From positions 312,001 through 376,000 of the forward strand of contig MU058004.1 of NCBI GenBank assembly GCA_013265495.1: a stretch of DNA of 64,000 nucleotides. Direction: 5' to 3'. The stretch's first letter is position 1; every line of letters begins with the position of its first letter. The notes beneath the pieces were generated by a model. That model was not told the DNA's origin. It saw only the letters and a program-made list of their open reading frames with translations, and ran no database searches. Shown here piece after piece: positions 1-39,600 of the stretch. Source of the DNA: Vicugna vicugna (Eukaryota). A program made the translations under genes and the position numbers.

Positions 1-2174
1 CGTTTAGTCTTTGTCCATTTCTCAGTTAAGCTCCTCTGCTGCAGGGAAAAGGGGACTCTGGGAGAGCCCCGAGGACAGTGCTGGTGCTGGGACAACTGTG
101 GGATGAGAGAGCTGAGCTTTCAGTCCCACCCCAACCTCCAGGGAGCTCAACCAAGCGCCGGTGGCCAGTCACCTCATCACCCCCGGCTGCATAGCAAGGC
201 CTCCACAAAGACCCAGAAGAGGTGGTCTGGAGAACTGCTGAGCTGGTGGACACATGGCGGGATGTGCGGGTGGCACACTCGGCGGGCGAGGGAGCTCCAG
301 GCCCCCCAGACCGTGCCTTTTACATGTCTCCCACCCGCCGTTCCTGCATCAGAGCCTTTTACGACAAACCCATGATCTCACACGTCAAATGCTTCTCTGA
401 GCTCAACGAGCCACTCCAGCAAATCACCAAACCCAACCAGGGGGTTGTGGGAAGCGCCATGGGCAGCCGGTCTGTCAGAAGCACAGGTGACACCTGGACT
501 TGCGATGGGAGCCAGGGTGGACTCTTGTGGGCTGAGCCCTTGACCGGGGGGTCCAGTGCACTGTCCAGGTAGATGGGCTCAGAACTGAGATCGGCTGCAG
601 GGCACATCGGGGCTGGCGCCTGAACTGGAGCAGCAACAGGTACCTTGACCAGGGGCGTCACCTGGCAGATGAACAGGCGCCCTGCGACCACCCCCCAGCC
701 AGGACACATGCCAGCTATCCCGGAGGAAGAGGGCTCACAACAGCGCTCAGCAATCAGACAGGTGGACATACGATGACAGGCCCCGGGCTGCACTGGACTT
801 TCCCTCTGCCTCAACCAACCACAAGATCCGGACAAAACACACAAAGCAACTGCTGGCAGGCACGAGGTGACAACCACGGGGAAGGAGGCCCCCAGGTGCA
901 CCCCTTCACCTCTGCTTCCCCCCAAAAGGCACTTTCTAAAGCACGCACAGGGAAATGGAGCCCAGGCAGAGGTAGAGCAAAGTCCCTGACTAGGGAGACG
1001 GTGAGGAAGTGGGACAGGTGCCGGGGAGGGGCGCTGAGCAGGCACCGGAACTCTGCACGGAGCTCTCACCGGGGCCTCGTGTGAGCCACACCCGCGTCAG
1101 GGAGCAGAGGCCTCGGGCGCTGGGCCCACCTGCCAACAGGTTACTCCTCTCGGGGGAAGCTAACCACTAAAAGGAGGAGTCTAAAAGGCAACGTGAAAAT
1201 ACACCAGAGAGGACAAAGTGAAGAACAAGAAGGAAAAGCCAGAAGAGAGAAAACAAACAGCAAGACGCAGGCTGAGCCCACCATGTTGCCATCACCCTGA
1301 CGAACACGGAGGTGTGGTCGGGACAGAGGAAGCGCGGTGCCTTCCCGCCTCCGGACTCAAGCTGCAGCACCAGCTCCTCCCGGGCCTCCAGCTCCCAGAC
1401 CCTGGCATGTGCCAGCCTCCACAACCACCACCACCACCGCACGAGCCAGTTCCTCACAATAAGTCTGCACGCACACACACACACGTATGCACACGTACAT
1501 AGGTCCTGTTTTTCGAGGGAGCCCTATCACAGAGTAGAACGTTGATTTCCACGGCATCTGGAAAGTAACCACTAACGTTTAGTCTCACCAACAACAACTT
1601 ACAGAACAAGCTGTACGCAGAACACCCAAGAGGTATGTCCGCAGAACAGCCCTAAAACAGAACACGCTTCTCTGGAACCTGCTATCACTGGAGACGAAGG
1701 CTGAGCAAACTTAATCAGGTAATTCCTGCCAAACCATACATCTCACTACTCGAAATAAAACTGAAGATTGTTAAAAAGACATTACCCCAAGCACAGTAGA
1801 AAGGTCTACTTCCCTGGGAACCACGGACTCAAAAGCAGTCTATCCATTAAAGCAGGCCGCTGCCACCCTCAAGCAAAGACAGCTCTGTTTTCTGAATAAA
1901 CCCGGGGAGGTAGCTGGCTTCCTCTGAAAGAAGCCTGTGACTGGGACCCAGGCTGATCAGAACAAGCTCTCCTCACAGTGCCCAAGCCGCAAGGTGGCAC
2001 CGAACCCCGACAGCAGTCACTTTCACAAAGTGTGGAGCAAGCTCTTCTGGGCCTCAGTCCAGCCTCAAATGTGGGTCAGAAAATAACCAAAAGAAAAACT
2101 GTTCCTTTCAAGATCAGAAACACTTCTGAGACTAAAGAAGATGAAAGCAGGAGACACCTGTCCACCAGCCCCTA

Positions 2175-30600
<28,426 letters not shown>

Positions 30601-30985
30601 CGGTGGTGGGCTTTCCGTCCATCCTCCACCTCAGGAAAGGTGGACCTGGAGCCCCACTCAGCCCCAGAGAGTCTGCTCAAGAGGTGGGCCCGTCTGGTGG
30701 TCCCCATCTCGGCCTAAGCCAGAAGGAGGAACCGCAAGTCCACCGGGGGACGGGACACCAACTTCCACTGAAACAAAGCCCAGATCTCTGAATTTCTGTA
30801 CAACAGTCCTGAACATATCCAACCTCCAAGTTCCGCCCCACCCCAGCCCCAGGCTAGGACAGGTAATGAGCCAGTCGGAGACCTTTCAGGTGGTCTGGGC
30901 CCCGGTAAATTAACCCAGCTGCTTGGAGGACGGAAACACAGGTGCAACGGAGACACACACAGCCTGTCCCTGAAACCCCCAGGGC

Positions 30986-30991
30986 TTTATT
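30986..30991 (-). terminator. Probable FN3K polyadenylation signal (AATAAA)
   Basis: tttatt on the plus strand, about 75 nt after the stop, followed on the minus strand by a GT-rich tract. Confidence 0.6.
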
Positions 30992-31065
30992 CTCCCTTAA
31001 GCGGCCTCCGGCGCAGCCACCCCCGGCGTCTGCTCAGCGGCTGGGCAGGGGCTGTCGGCCGGCCA

Positions 31066-31404
31066 CTACTTGAGAAGCTTCCTCATGGTGCCCAGGGATG
31101 GGCTCCTGTACTGCCACCCAAAGTGGTTCCAGTGGTTCAGGTAGTTAAAGAGCTTATAGAGCAGCAGCCGCCGGTCAAACCCCGGAGCCCTGGGGATCTT
31201 GCGGTGGTAGGCGGTGAAGAAGGACCTGGGAAACCCACCAAACATTGAGGCGATTGCCAGTTCAAACTCGGAGTGGCCATAGAAGGAGGCCGGGTCGTAA
31301 ATGATGGGCCCGCTGTCGTCCTCGGCCACGTTTCCCGACCAGAGGTCCCCATGAAGAAGGGCGGGGACAATCTCTAGGCCACAGAACAGATCCGGGATCT
31401 TCAC
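31066..31404 (-). CDS. FN3K: FN3K exon 6 (339 bp coding including stop)
   Basis: [25 protein letters not shown]...NHWNHFG...RKLLK, stop TAG. Confidence 0.97.
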   Translation of the reverse strand: MKIPDLFCGLEIVPALLHGDLWSGNVAEDDSGPIIYDPASFYGHSEFELAIASMFGGFPRSFFTAYHRKIPRAPGFDRRLLLYKLFNYLNHWNHFGWQYRSPSLGTMRKLLK

Positions 31405-34400
31405 CTAGGAAAATAATTACTGTATGCAGAGTCACCCTGGGCCCAGGAGCCAGACTCCTCATCCAGCACTTGGAAACAAAGCAGAGACAACCTCGTGCTT
31501 GTTCAGGGCCCACACCACTGTAACCCAAGCCCAGAGGTTAAGGACCCTCCGACTCCCGGGGAATGTCACTTTGTCTGGGGGTTTACTGCTAATTTAGGTC
31601 CACAAGCTCGCCAACACTGATGACCTCCATCAGCAGAGCGGACAGCCTCGGAGGTTACACCTTCATTGTGTAAAGTATGAACCATGTAGCCTGAGGGGAG
31701 TTTTTTGTACGTAATTTAGCAATCTTTCTCTGCTAATCTTTTATCTCACAGCACAGGTAAATCTGCACCTCTTTTATATCCTGATGGCTTCAATAACGAG
31801 TTAAAGAAAATGTCTCTGATGCTTATGCTATGTTTTGAAACCAGTCACTCTGGGGCCACCTGCCACCCACACCTGCTCTAAGAGGACATTTGCGCTTTGT
31901 CAGAGAAGGAAGAACAGTGTTAAGAGTGAGAAAATAACAGTAAATGTCACCGTTTACAAGCCAAGCACCTACATTTCACGTGAGCAAAGTGTGAGGCTGA
32001 GCACCTGTGACCCAGCAGGTGAGAGGTGCCCTCAAGTCCCACCCCCTTCCCAGTTTCCCCACCAAACCGATAGTGAGGCACTCATGTGTCCACGACATCA
32101 CGACATCACCAGCTCTGCTCCAGTGGGCCCCACTCTGGCTCTGTTCTAGCACAGGGCCCCACACAAAAGTGGTGGGCTCATGAGAGGACAGCCCCTCTCC
32201 CCGGGGATAACTGCTGTGCCCACCTGCAGCTGTGACCAGAGTTCTCGTGCCTCTCGGTCAGCGTAGTCCTTCTCAATGAGGTCCAGCTGCGCTTGGAGCC
32301 GGTGACGGGTGAAGAAGGTCGGCCAGTCGTCCTGCCACTCGTTCACCTGGGCAACAAGGGAAAGGAGGGGCTGGTGCTGCAGCTGGCAGTCACAGGACAG
32401 AGTCACGCGTGGAATCTGCCTAAACCCTACAGCAGCCACTAGAAGAGCACAGCAGATACCTTTGCCGGCCAACAGGGAGACAGGACGGGATTGTTAAAAA
32501 CAGTTAATTCAAAAGAGAGCATATTGTGCTCTCCACTGGAATTTGACACAACATTGTAAAATGACTGTAACTCAATAAAAAAATGAAAAAAAAAGACAGC
32601 ATAAAGAGGAAAAAGGGAACAAGGATCAGATAAGACAAACGAGAAACAGCAAGACGACACATCCAAACCTAACCATATCCGTAAGCTCATTGAATGCGAA
32701 TGGTCTAAACACCCCAGTTAAATGACAGAGACCAGCAGGTGGGAAACATAAAGCATGACCCAATTGTAAGCTGTATGTAAGAACTGCACTTTGTATATAA
32801 AAACAGAAACAGTTTCAAAGGAGACAGAAGATAAATCATGCTAAACTAGTCACAAGAAAGCTGGAGTAGCTGTGTTAATGTCAAAGTAGATTTCAAACAA
32901 AGAATACCACCAAGTGTAAAGAAAGGCAATTCACAATGCAAAAGGGGTTAGCTGATGAAGATCACGTAATAATCCTAAGCATTCATGCCCCTGATATATG
33001 GCAAGTCAACACATGGATAGACGCAGCACATTAGTGGTCATCAGGGAAAACAGAACCTCGCTGAGGTGCCACTTCACACCCACTGAGGTGGCTGCAGTTT
33101 TAGAACAAGGAAAGCGCCAAGTGTAGTGAGGACGTGCAGGACCTGGAACTCTCATACACTGACGGTGTGAATGTGAAGTGGCACAACCACTTCAGAAGAT
33201 ACTTTGGCAGTTTCTTAAACAGTTAAATATGAACCTACATGTGGCCTAGTCACTGGCTCTTAGGTATTTACCTGAAATAAATGGACACATTCAACCACAC
33301 AAACTCTTGTACATGAAGGTTCACAGAAGCTTTATTTATAAAAGCAAAGCCTGGAAATACCCCAGATGTCCAGCCTCAGGTGAATGGATACACAGACTGC
33401 GGTTTGTCTTATGGTGGAATGGACTTTCGATCCATGCAACAACACGGGTGAGTATCTAAGTGATTGTGCTGAGTGAAAGCCAAACAGAGGCGTGACAACA
33501 CGTGCTCTCACCTACATTAAATTACACAAAGTGCAAACCCGTCTGTGGTGACAGAAAGCAGGCCAGTGGTTGCAGGGGCAGGGGGAGGAGTTTGCAAAAG
33601 GGCAGGAGGATACTTTGGGGGAGATGGCCTTGCTCACTGACGTGACTGTGGTTAGCGGTTCACAAGTGTGCACATAAGTCAAAACTAACCAAACCATAAC
33701 TGTAGGCGCAGCTTATGTTGTGTCGGTTATACTTTAGACAGTTGTTTGTTTGTTTTTGTTGTTTGTTTGTTTTTTAAAAGGTGCAAAGCTTACCTATACG
33801 AAGAGTGACTTTGTGAAACTCCCTAGGGGAGGAACTGACCGGAGAGCATGCATCCCTGGTCAGCGTCCTCAGCACGGAGACCCCCATGCTGAGTGTTGTG
33901 GTCCCTGAGCCCCTGGGTTCACTCCTTGGTGCTAGGTGCACCTCAAGGGAGGGCAGGAGGGCCCCTCACCAAATGGCCTGAGGCATGTGGGTGCATGCCC
34001 TCCTGTCCCCTGTGCCTGCCCAGGCCCTGTCCTCTTGGACAACCACATCATGAAAGACACAGACTGTTGGGAGCTGGAGACCAGCACGGGTCAGCCCTCC
34101 ACCTGGACAGACAAGCGGGATCCCCTCACCCACGGGAAGACGTGACCTTCCCCAGAGCTGCCAAAGGCAGGGTCACCCCGTGAACAGCTGGTGGGCAGAG
34201 CCCATCTTCACCTAGATGGAGGGGCAAGGTGTGCAGCGGACAGGGCCTATGCCCCAAAGCCAGATGGGCTAACCCTGGCCCCTCCGCTGACCAGCTGCAC
34301 GACCCGGGCACCACCTGGCTTCTTGGCACATCACTTTCCTCGTCTCTAAAACGGCTCAAGGACAACCCATCTCTGGGGTTGCTGTGGCAACTGGGGGAGG

Positions 34401-37400
34401 TGAGTCGGACAAAGCACTTAAAAGGGAGCCTGGGGTGCAGCACCGAACAAACCGTGTCCGTCCTCTGACCAAGCCAGTGGTCTCAACGGGGCTCAGTTCA
34501 TGGGGGGGCCACCACTCAGGGCCGCCCCACTAATGGCGGCAGCCCCCAAGGGCCCACTCAGCCCTCCCAAGGTGCAGGGAGCCACCTGGCACTTCGGGCT
34601 GATCCGTCCAGGCTACTCCATCAGGTGCCATATCCAGGATCATTTTGTCGGCGCAAAGCGGGTAGGCCAGGCGTCCTCCCAGGCCCCTCCGCCCGCCCTG
34701 GCCGGGCTGCAGCTGAGCTGAGTTGGTTCACTGACCCTGGAGTCTGACCAGGCACTCCACTCAGGAGCCACCTGTGTCCCTGATGGGCCAGCCCATCCTC
34801 ATCTGCTTCGTGGTTCTGTGTACTGTCCATTCCTCAGTTCTTGACAAGCCACTGAGCAAGGTCCATGTAGACCTGCAGCTCTAGAACTCCACCTCTGAGG
34901 CAGAACAACAAGCCATGCTCGGCCATGCTGGCCTGGGACCACGTTACTGTCCTGGTGACTAGCTCCAAACAGATACGTCACCCCCAGGGAGCTGGCTCCA
35001 GCAGACTCATGGAGTCTAAACCAGCCAGGTAACCCCACTGGGCACAGTCCTAGGGACCCAGATGTGAGCATGCCCCTTGGCTGAGATCCCTAAATCAAGA
35101 ACCCAAAAGGTTCTTGCCCCTCGTGACCGCCTAGGAGAAGAGCCCTGTGCCCACGCCCGGGAGGCACAAAAGGCCATCTATTGTGTGACTCCACTGACGT
35201 GAAATGTCCAGAGTAAGCAAGTCCTTAGAGACAGAGCGCCATTGGCGGCTGCCAGTGACGGAGGGCAGGGGGATGGGGATGAGGTTTCTCCTTGGGGTGG
35301 CAAAAATGCTTGGAATTAAACAGCAGTGATGGCTGCACAACACTGTGTCTATGCTAAAACCCACTGAACCGTACACTTTAAAATAGTGACGTTTATGTCA
35401 CTGAATTACATCTCATTAGTGCTAATCATTTTTAAAGGCCCCGGGAGAGGGGCCGAGCGACCAGGACTTAATCCACAAACTCTAGGGCCGCCCACCCCCA
35501 CCCCAGTCCCCCACAATCGTCACATGCCCCAAGTGATATGGCCTTTGCACCTGCTGTTCCCTCTGCTTGAAATGCTTTCCCACCTGCCCCGCGGCTTCCC
35601 ATCTCCTCTAGGCTCAGCTCACAGACCCTCTACCTCACTCTCCCACCGTCCCACGCCTCACAGGTCTCACTCTGCTTTCAGAAGTCAGGCAGTCTAGTCC
35701 CCTGGGGCCCCGGGTACTGACACTGCATCCTACACAGGGGTGGGGTGACCAGGACTGGGGCATTCCCGCCCAGACACTCACCTGTGTGATGAAGCCACAG
35801 CACGTCACCGTGTGGAAGCCAAACTGGGTCACGTACTGGGGCCCAGCACCCTCAGTCCTCCGGCCTGTCAACAGAAAGGGCTGCCTGTCTTCCTCAGGAA
35901 TGCCAGGCCCCAGCAGGGCGTCCAGATGGGCCTGGCTGCACTGCCGGGACATGGGTGGTCAAAGACATGCTACACATGGTAGCAACTGGTCCAGCCTGGA
36001 TCAGCCAGGACACACCTCTCTCCAGCCCACTGGACAGTGGGGCTGGATATAAAAGGGGTCGTGAGGCAACCCTACCAGCGTACCATCAAAACTCTTATTT
36101 AACAATCCCACTTTCAGACCACAGCATAAAGGGGTGGGGTCCCACCTGACCATCACTGAAGCGTCACCCAAGCCCCCGCCGGGTAGGTGCACGCAGGTCA
36201 AGGGTCAAGGGCACACCAGCAACCCGCACATACCCACTGTGTTCTCCTCCGCCCTGGACTTCTCCCCGAGCTTCTGGTTGTAAAGGTGCAGATCCGCCAC
36301 CTGTTCTCCAAGTTTCGACGCCTGACTGAGGAAGGAGACGCAGCCAGTTAAAATAAGAACAACACAGCCAGCCAGCACATTCCGTCCTGAGAAATGTTTT
36401 AAATATCTTAAAAACTACTCTCCATTCTTTAAAAAGTGAAAAATGAACCGCAGGCAGTGACTTTGTCCCAAAAACAAACCTGTAAAATCACCAAGAAGGG
36501 TAGGTTCTGGGAATTAAGGGACAAATACTCAAAAAGCAATGTTAGTAAAAGAAGAAAAAACAGCTCCCAATTTTTGTCAAAACAAATGTAAATCACATGT
36601 AAGATAAGGCGTGGGATGCCAGTCACACACCCACCACTGGTGATGGCTGCTCCCCGCTGCCGATTCGGGGGGCTTTAGTCCTCTTTATGTGAGCTGATGT
36701 TTTCCACCATTTTTTAAACAGTGAATATACATACCTTTAATAATTAGAAAAAACTTGAAGGACTTCAGATAATTGCTAGATGAGACGTCAGAGCCCAAAC
36801 TGACTGGCCTGAGTGAACTCGAAGCACAAGGCGAGGGTGATTCAAACACACTTATCTGATGCAGCTTCATGAGCCAAACCAACCTCACACGGTCCCGCAC
36901 GGACAGTGCGTGTGCCCGTCCCCACCCGCAACAGTCCCCACCAGGAAGGCGGCTGTAGGTTCTGGGGCAGTGCCTCTGCTAACCACACCGGCTCGGGAGC
37001 AGCTCCACACCAGGCGGCTCCCTCTCCCTCTTGGGGTCTCTCCCTCTTGGGGTCTCTCCCTCTCTCTCTCACACACACTCACCTGCTCAGGCTCCTCATC
37101 TTCAGATATTCCATCACAAAGGCAGCCCCACCGCCTGGGAGGTCAATCACCTTGATGGGCCGAGGTGCCCGCACCAGGCCAGTGCCGCGAAGAGCCTCCA
37201 GGCTCGCCATCTCCCCCTCAAACATCTGCCGAGCCTGCATCCAGAACACAGCTGTGACCTCCGACTCCAGCAGGGGCTGAGGGTCACAGCCCTGGACAGA
37301 AGCCGCCATAAGCACCCAGGACCTCCGGTTACCGAAAACAGCCTGGGGAACTGGGCGTCAGCCCGTCAGAGAGCAGGTGCAGTGTGTCCCCTCTGGAGAA

Positions 37401-39341
37401 GAGGGGCTACGAGGCCGAGGCTGCACCTGGACTTGCGGGGGCGGGGTGCTGACACCCCTGCAGCAAGCACAGCTCTGAGAGGTGAGGAGGTCCAGGCCCT
37501 GGGGGAGCATGAGGGCACCAAGGGGTGTCGGGAACATGGGTGACGTTCTGGGGGTGTTGGGGACACTGTCGCGTACTTCAGGGTGCCATGATGTGCTGGG
37601 GGTGCCAGGAGTGTGGGTTAGTGGAAGGGCTGGGGCTGGGCCTGCTTCCCCTCCCAGGTTACCTGCCCCCTCACTGCCTCGAGCACTTACAGAAAATGGG
37701 GGGCAGCATGGGTGGCAGGGCAACGTGCCTAGGGGCACACAGGGCAGGGAGGGCGGGCTGGGAGCAGGACCCCCGCCACCCAGGAGGAAGACAGCCACTG
37801 CCCAGAGCAGCCGAACAGCCTCCACTGGGACCCAGGGGTCTTCCTACTTCTAAAACATCCGCACCAATATCCCAGTTTTAAATTAGGCCAACTCTCATCT
37901 TCGGTACACTATATCTCAGTTAAAAATGTGTTAAAGTGCATTTGTGAGCACCTCTGGATATAGAATTAACCCTCTAGAACAACACCGAAGCACCTATTTC
38001 CACACAGGAAAAGAATTCCATCCCTTAATTCAAGTGCCTGACAGGGAACGAGCAAGGTGTCCTTCCAACTGCCCCCACACCCAGAGCCATGGAGCAAGGC
38101 GCCCAGTGACCCCCCCTAGCCATATTCCCAGGGTGAGCCCCCAAACGTACAGGGCAGAGAACACCTGGGCTTCAGGCTGCCTCCGTCCTGAGGGCCTCAC
38201 CTGTCACCTGTTCTTGTGCACTGGTTGAGCACAGACTGTGTGCTCAGCCAGCACTGACGGGTTCCAAGGCCAGCAGTGACATCCCAGCCTGGACGAGCCA
38301 TCGGGGCCAGCCGCGGAGGTTCCAGGGCCAGCTCAAACTCTGACCCAAACCCCTTCCCGGTAGGTGGAGCTTATCATTTTGAGGGATTTGGGTTCTGAAA
38401 TCAGATCTTCAACAGTTTTCTGTGCTAAAAGAGCAGGGTGCTGGACCAAGACCAACCCACTGTCCATCCTGGTTGCGGGTGGGCAGCAGGGGGACTGGTA
38501 GGGGTCCCTCTGGGTTTCCCTTTGGCCCACAGCCAGCATCCCCACTGCCACACCTCAAAGGGGCCTGGCCCCCAGAGCCCCAGGGACCTCCTTGGAGTCA
38601 TCCCCCAGGGCCAAGGGGGTGCCACCCTCAGCACCTGGGGCGCACACACTATGGACTTCTCCTTCTGTACAGTGTTACTATTTTTCCGTGTGTATCTAAC
38701 AGCAATGTTTTAGGCAGATCGGGAAAACCAGGTCCAACACAGCCTGGCCTGTGAGCAGGAGCCTGGCCCTTGGGGTCCACAAGGGTCCTTCCTGCCTCTT
38801 CCCAACTGCGAGAAGGCCCAGGCCTTGGGGAATGGAGCCCAGCTGGGCCCCAAGGCTCACTGCCGCCATGCCTGATTGCTAGAGAAATTAAAACAGACAC
38901 CAAACTCCTGTGCATCCGGGCAAAAGTACAGAAATTAACTCTACAGCAGGTGGAACGCCAGGACCCAGCAGAAAATGCTCGAGCCTGCTCGCGCTGGTGG
39001 TGACAGCTCTGCCAGGCCGCAGGCTGACCCAGGGCGATGACGCCAGGCCTCCATTTGGACTGGACTACGGCGCCCCCTCCGCTGCGCGCCGGGGCCCCCT
39101 CGCCCCTCCTTTCCCTCTCCCCACCCGCTCCAGGGCCCCCGACGGGGTGGGGGGGGACTCGGGCCGCCGGGAGGGGTTGGGATGAAGTGGGGGCACTCAC
39201 CTGCGCCCTGCGGTTGACCTTGACGAACACGGGGCCCGCATCTGTGTCGTAGGCGCGCCCCTCGCTGATGCAGCCAGCCCCAGGGCTCGAGAAGGCGCGC
39301 AGGGTCGCGGTGCGCAGCTCGGCGCGCAGCAGCTGCTCCAT
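31066..39341 (-). CDS. FN3K: Fructosamine-3-kinase, complete, 6 exons, 309 aa
   Basis: Join 39201-39341, 37083-37234, 36234-36325, 35782-35864, 32224-32346, 31066-31404 = 930 bp. [17 protein letters not shown]...GAGCISEG...HGDLWSGN...[13 protein letters not shown]...MRKLLK*. Confidence 0.97.
32224..32346 (-). CDS. FN3K: FN3K exon 5 (123 bp)
   Basis: [45 protein letters not shown] flanks. Confidence 0.96.
32480..33740 (+). mobile_element. Old LINE-1 fragments in FN3K intron 4 with a nested short L1 3' tip
   Basis: L1 words (aatggtctaaacaccccagttaaa; gaaagctggagtagct; ccacttcacacccact); nested insert at 32524-32590. Confidence 0.8.
35160..35420 (+). mobile_element. Old LINE-1 3' end fragment
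   Basis: gaaatgtccagagtaagcaagtcc...ccactgaaccgtacactttaaaatagtga...gaattacatctca. Confidence 0.7.
35782..35864 (-). CDS. FN3K: FN3K exon 4 (83 bp)
   Basis: [27 protein letters not shown]; gtgagt donor. Confidence 0.95.
36234..36325 (-). CDS. FN3K: FN3K exon 3 (92 bp)
   Basis: [34 protein letters not shown] flanks. Confidence 0.95.
37083..37234 (-). CDS. FN3K: FN3K exon 2 (152 bp)
   Basis: [54 protein letters not shown] flanks. Confidence 0.96.
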
Positions 39342-39600
39342 GGGGGCGGGGCGGGATGGGGGGAGGGGACGCAGTGACGCGGGGGACCGGGGTCCGTGCA
39401 GACAGCGGCCGGGAGAGCGAGCTCGCCGCTGCCAAGGCCGCTGTCTGCGGGGCCGCGGGCTCCCAGCGCCCCAGGCTCCCAGCGCTCCGGGCTGGCCCGC
39501 CTCCCAGGGGTGGGTGGGGCGGTGCAGTTAGGAGAGCGATCTCCGCCCACCGGTGGGCCAGGCGGTGCGCGGACCCAGCCCTGAGGGATGGTGAGAGGGA
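39000..39600. promoter_or_regulatory. CpG island / FN3K promoter
   Basis: CpG-rich around exon 1 with GC boxes. Edges approximate. Confidence 0.75.
39201..39341 (-). CDS. FN3K: FN3K exon 1 (141 bp coding)
   Basis: [47 protein letters not shown]; gtgagt donor. Confidence 0.96.
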
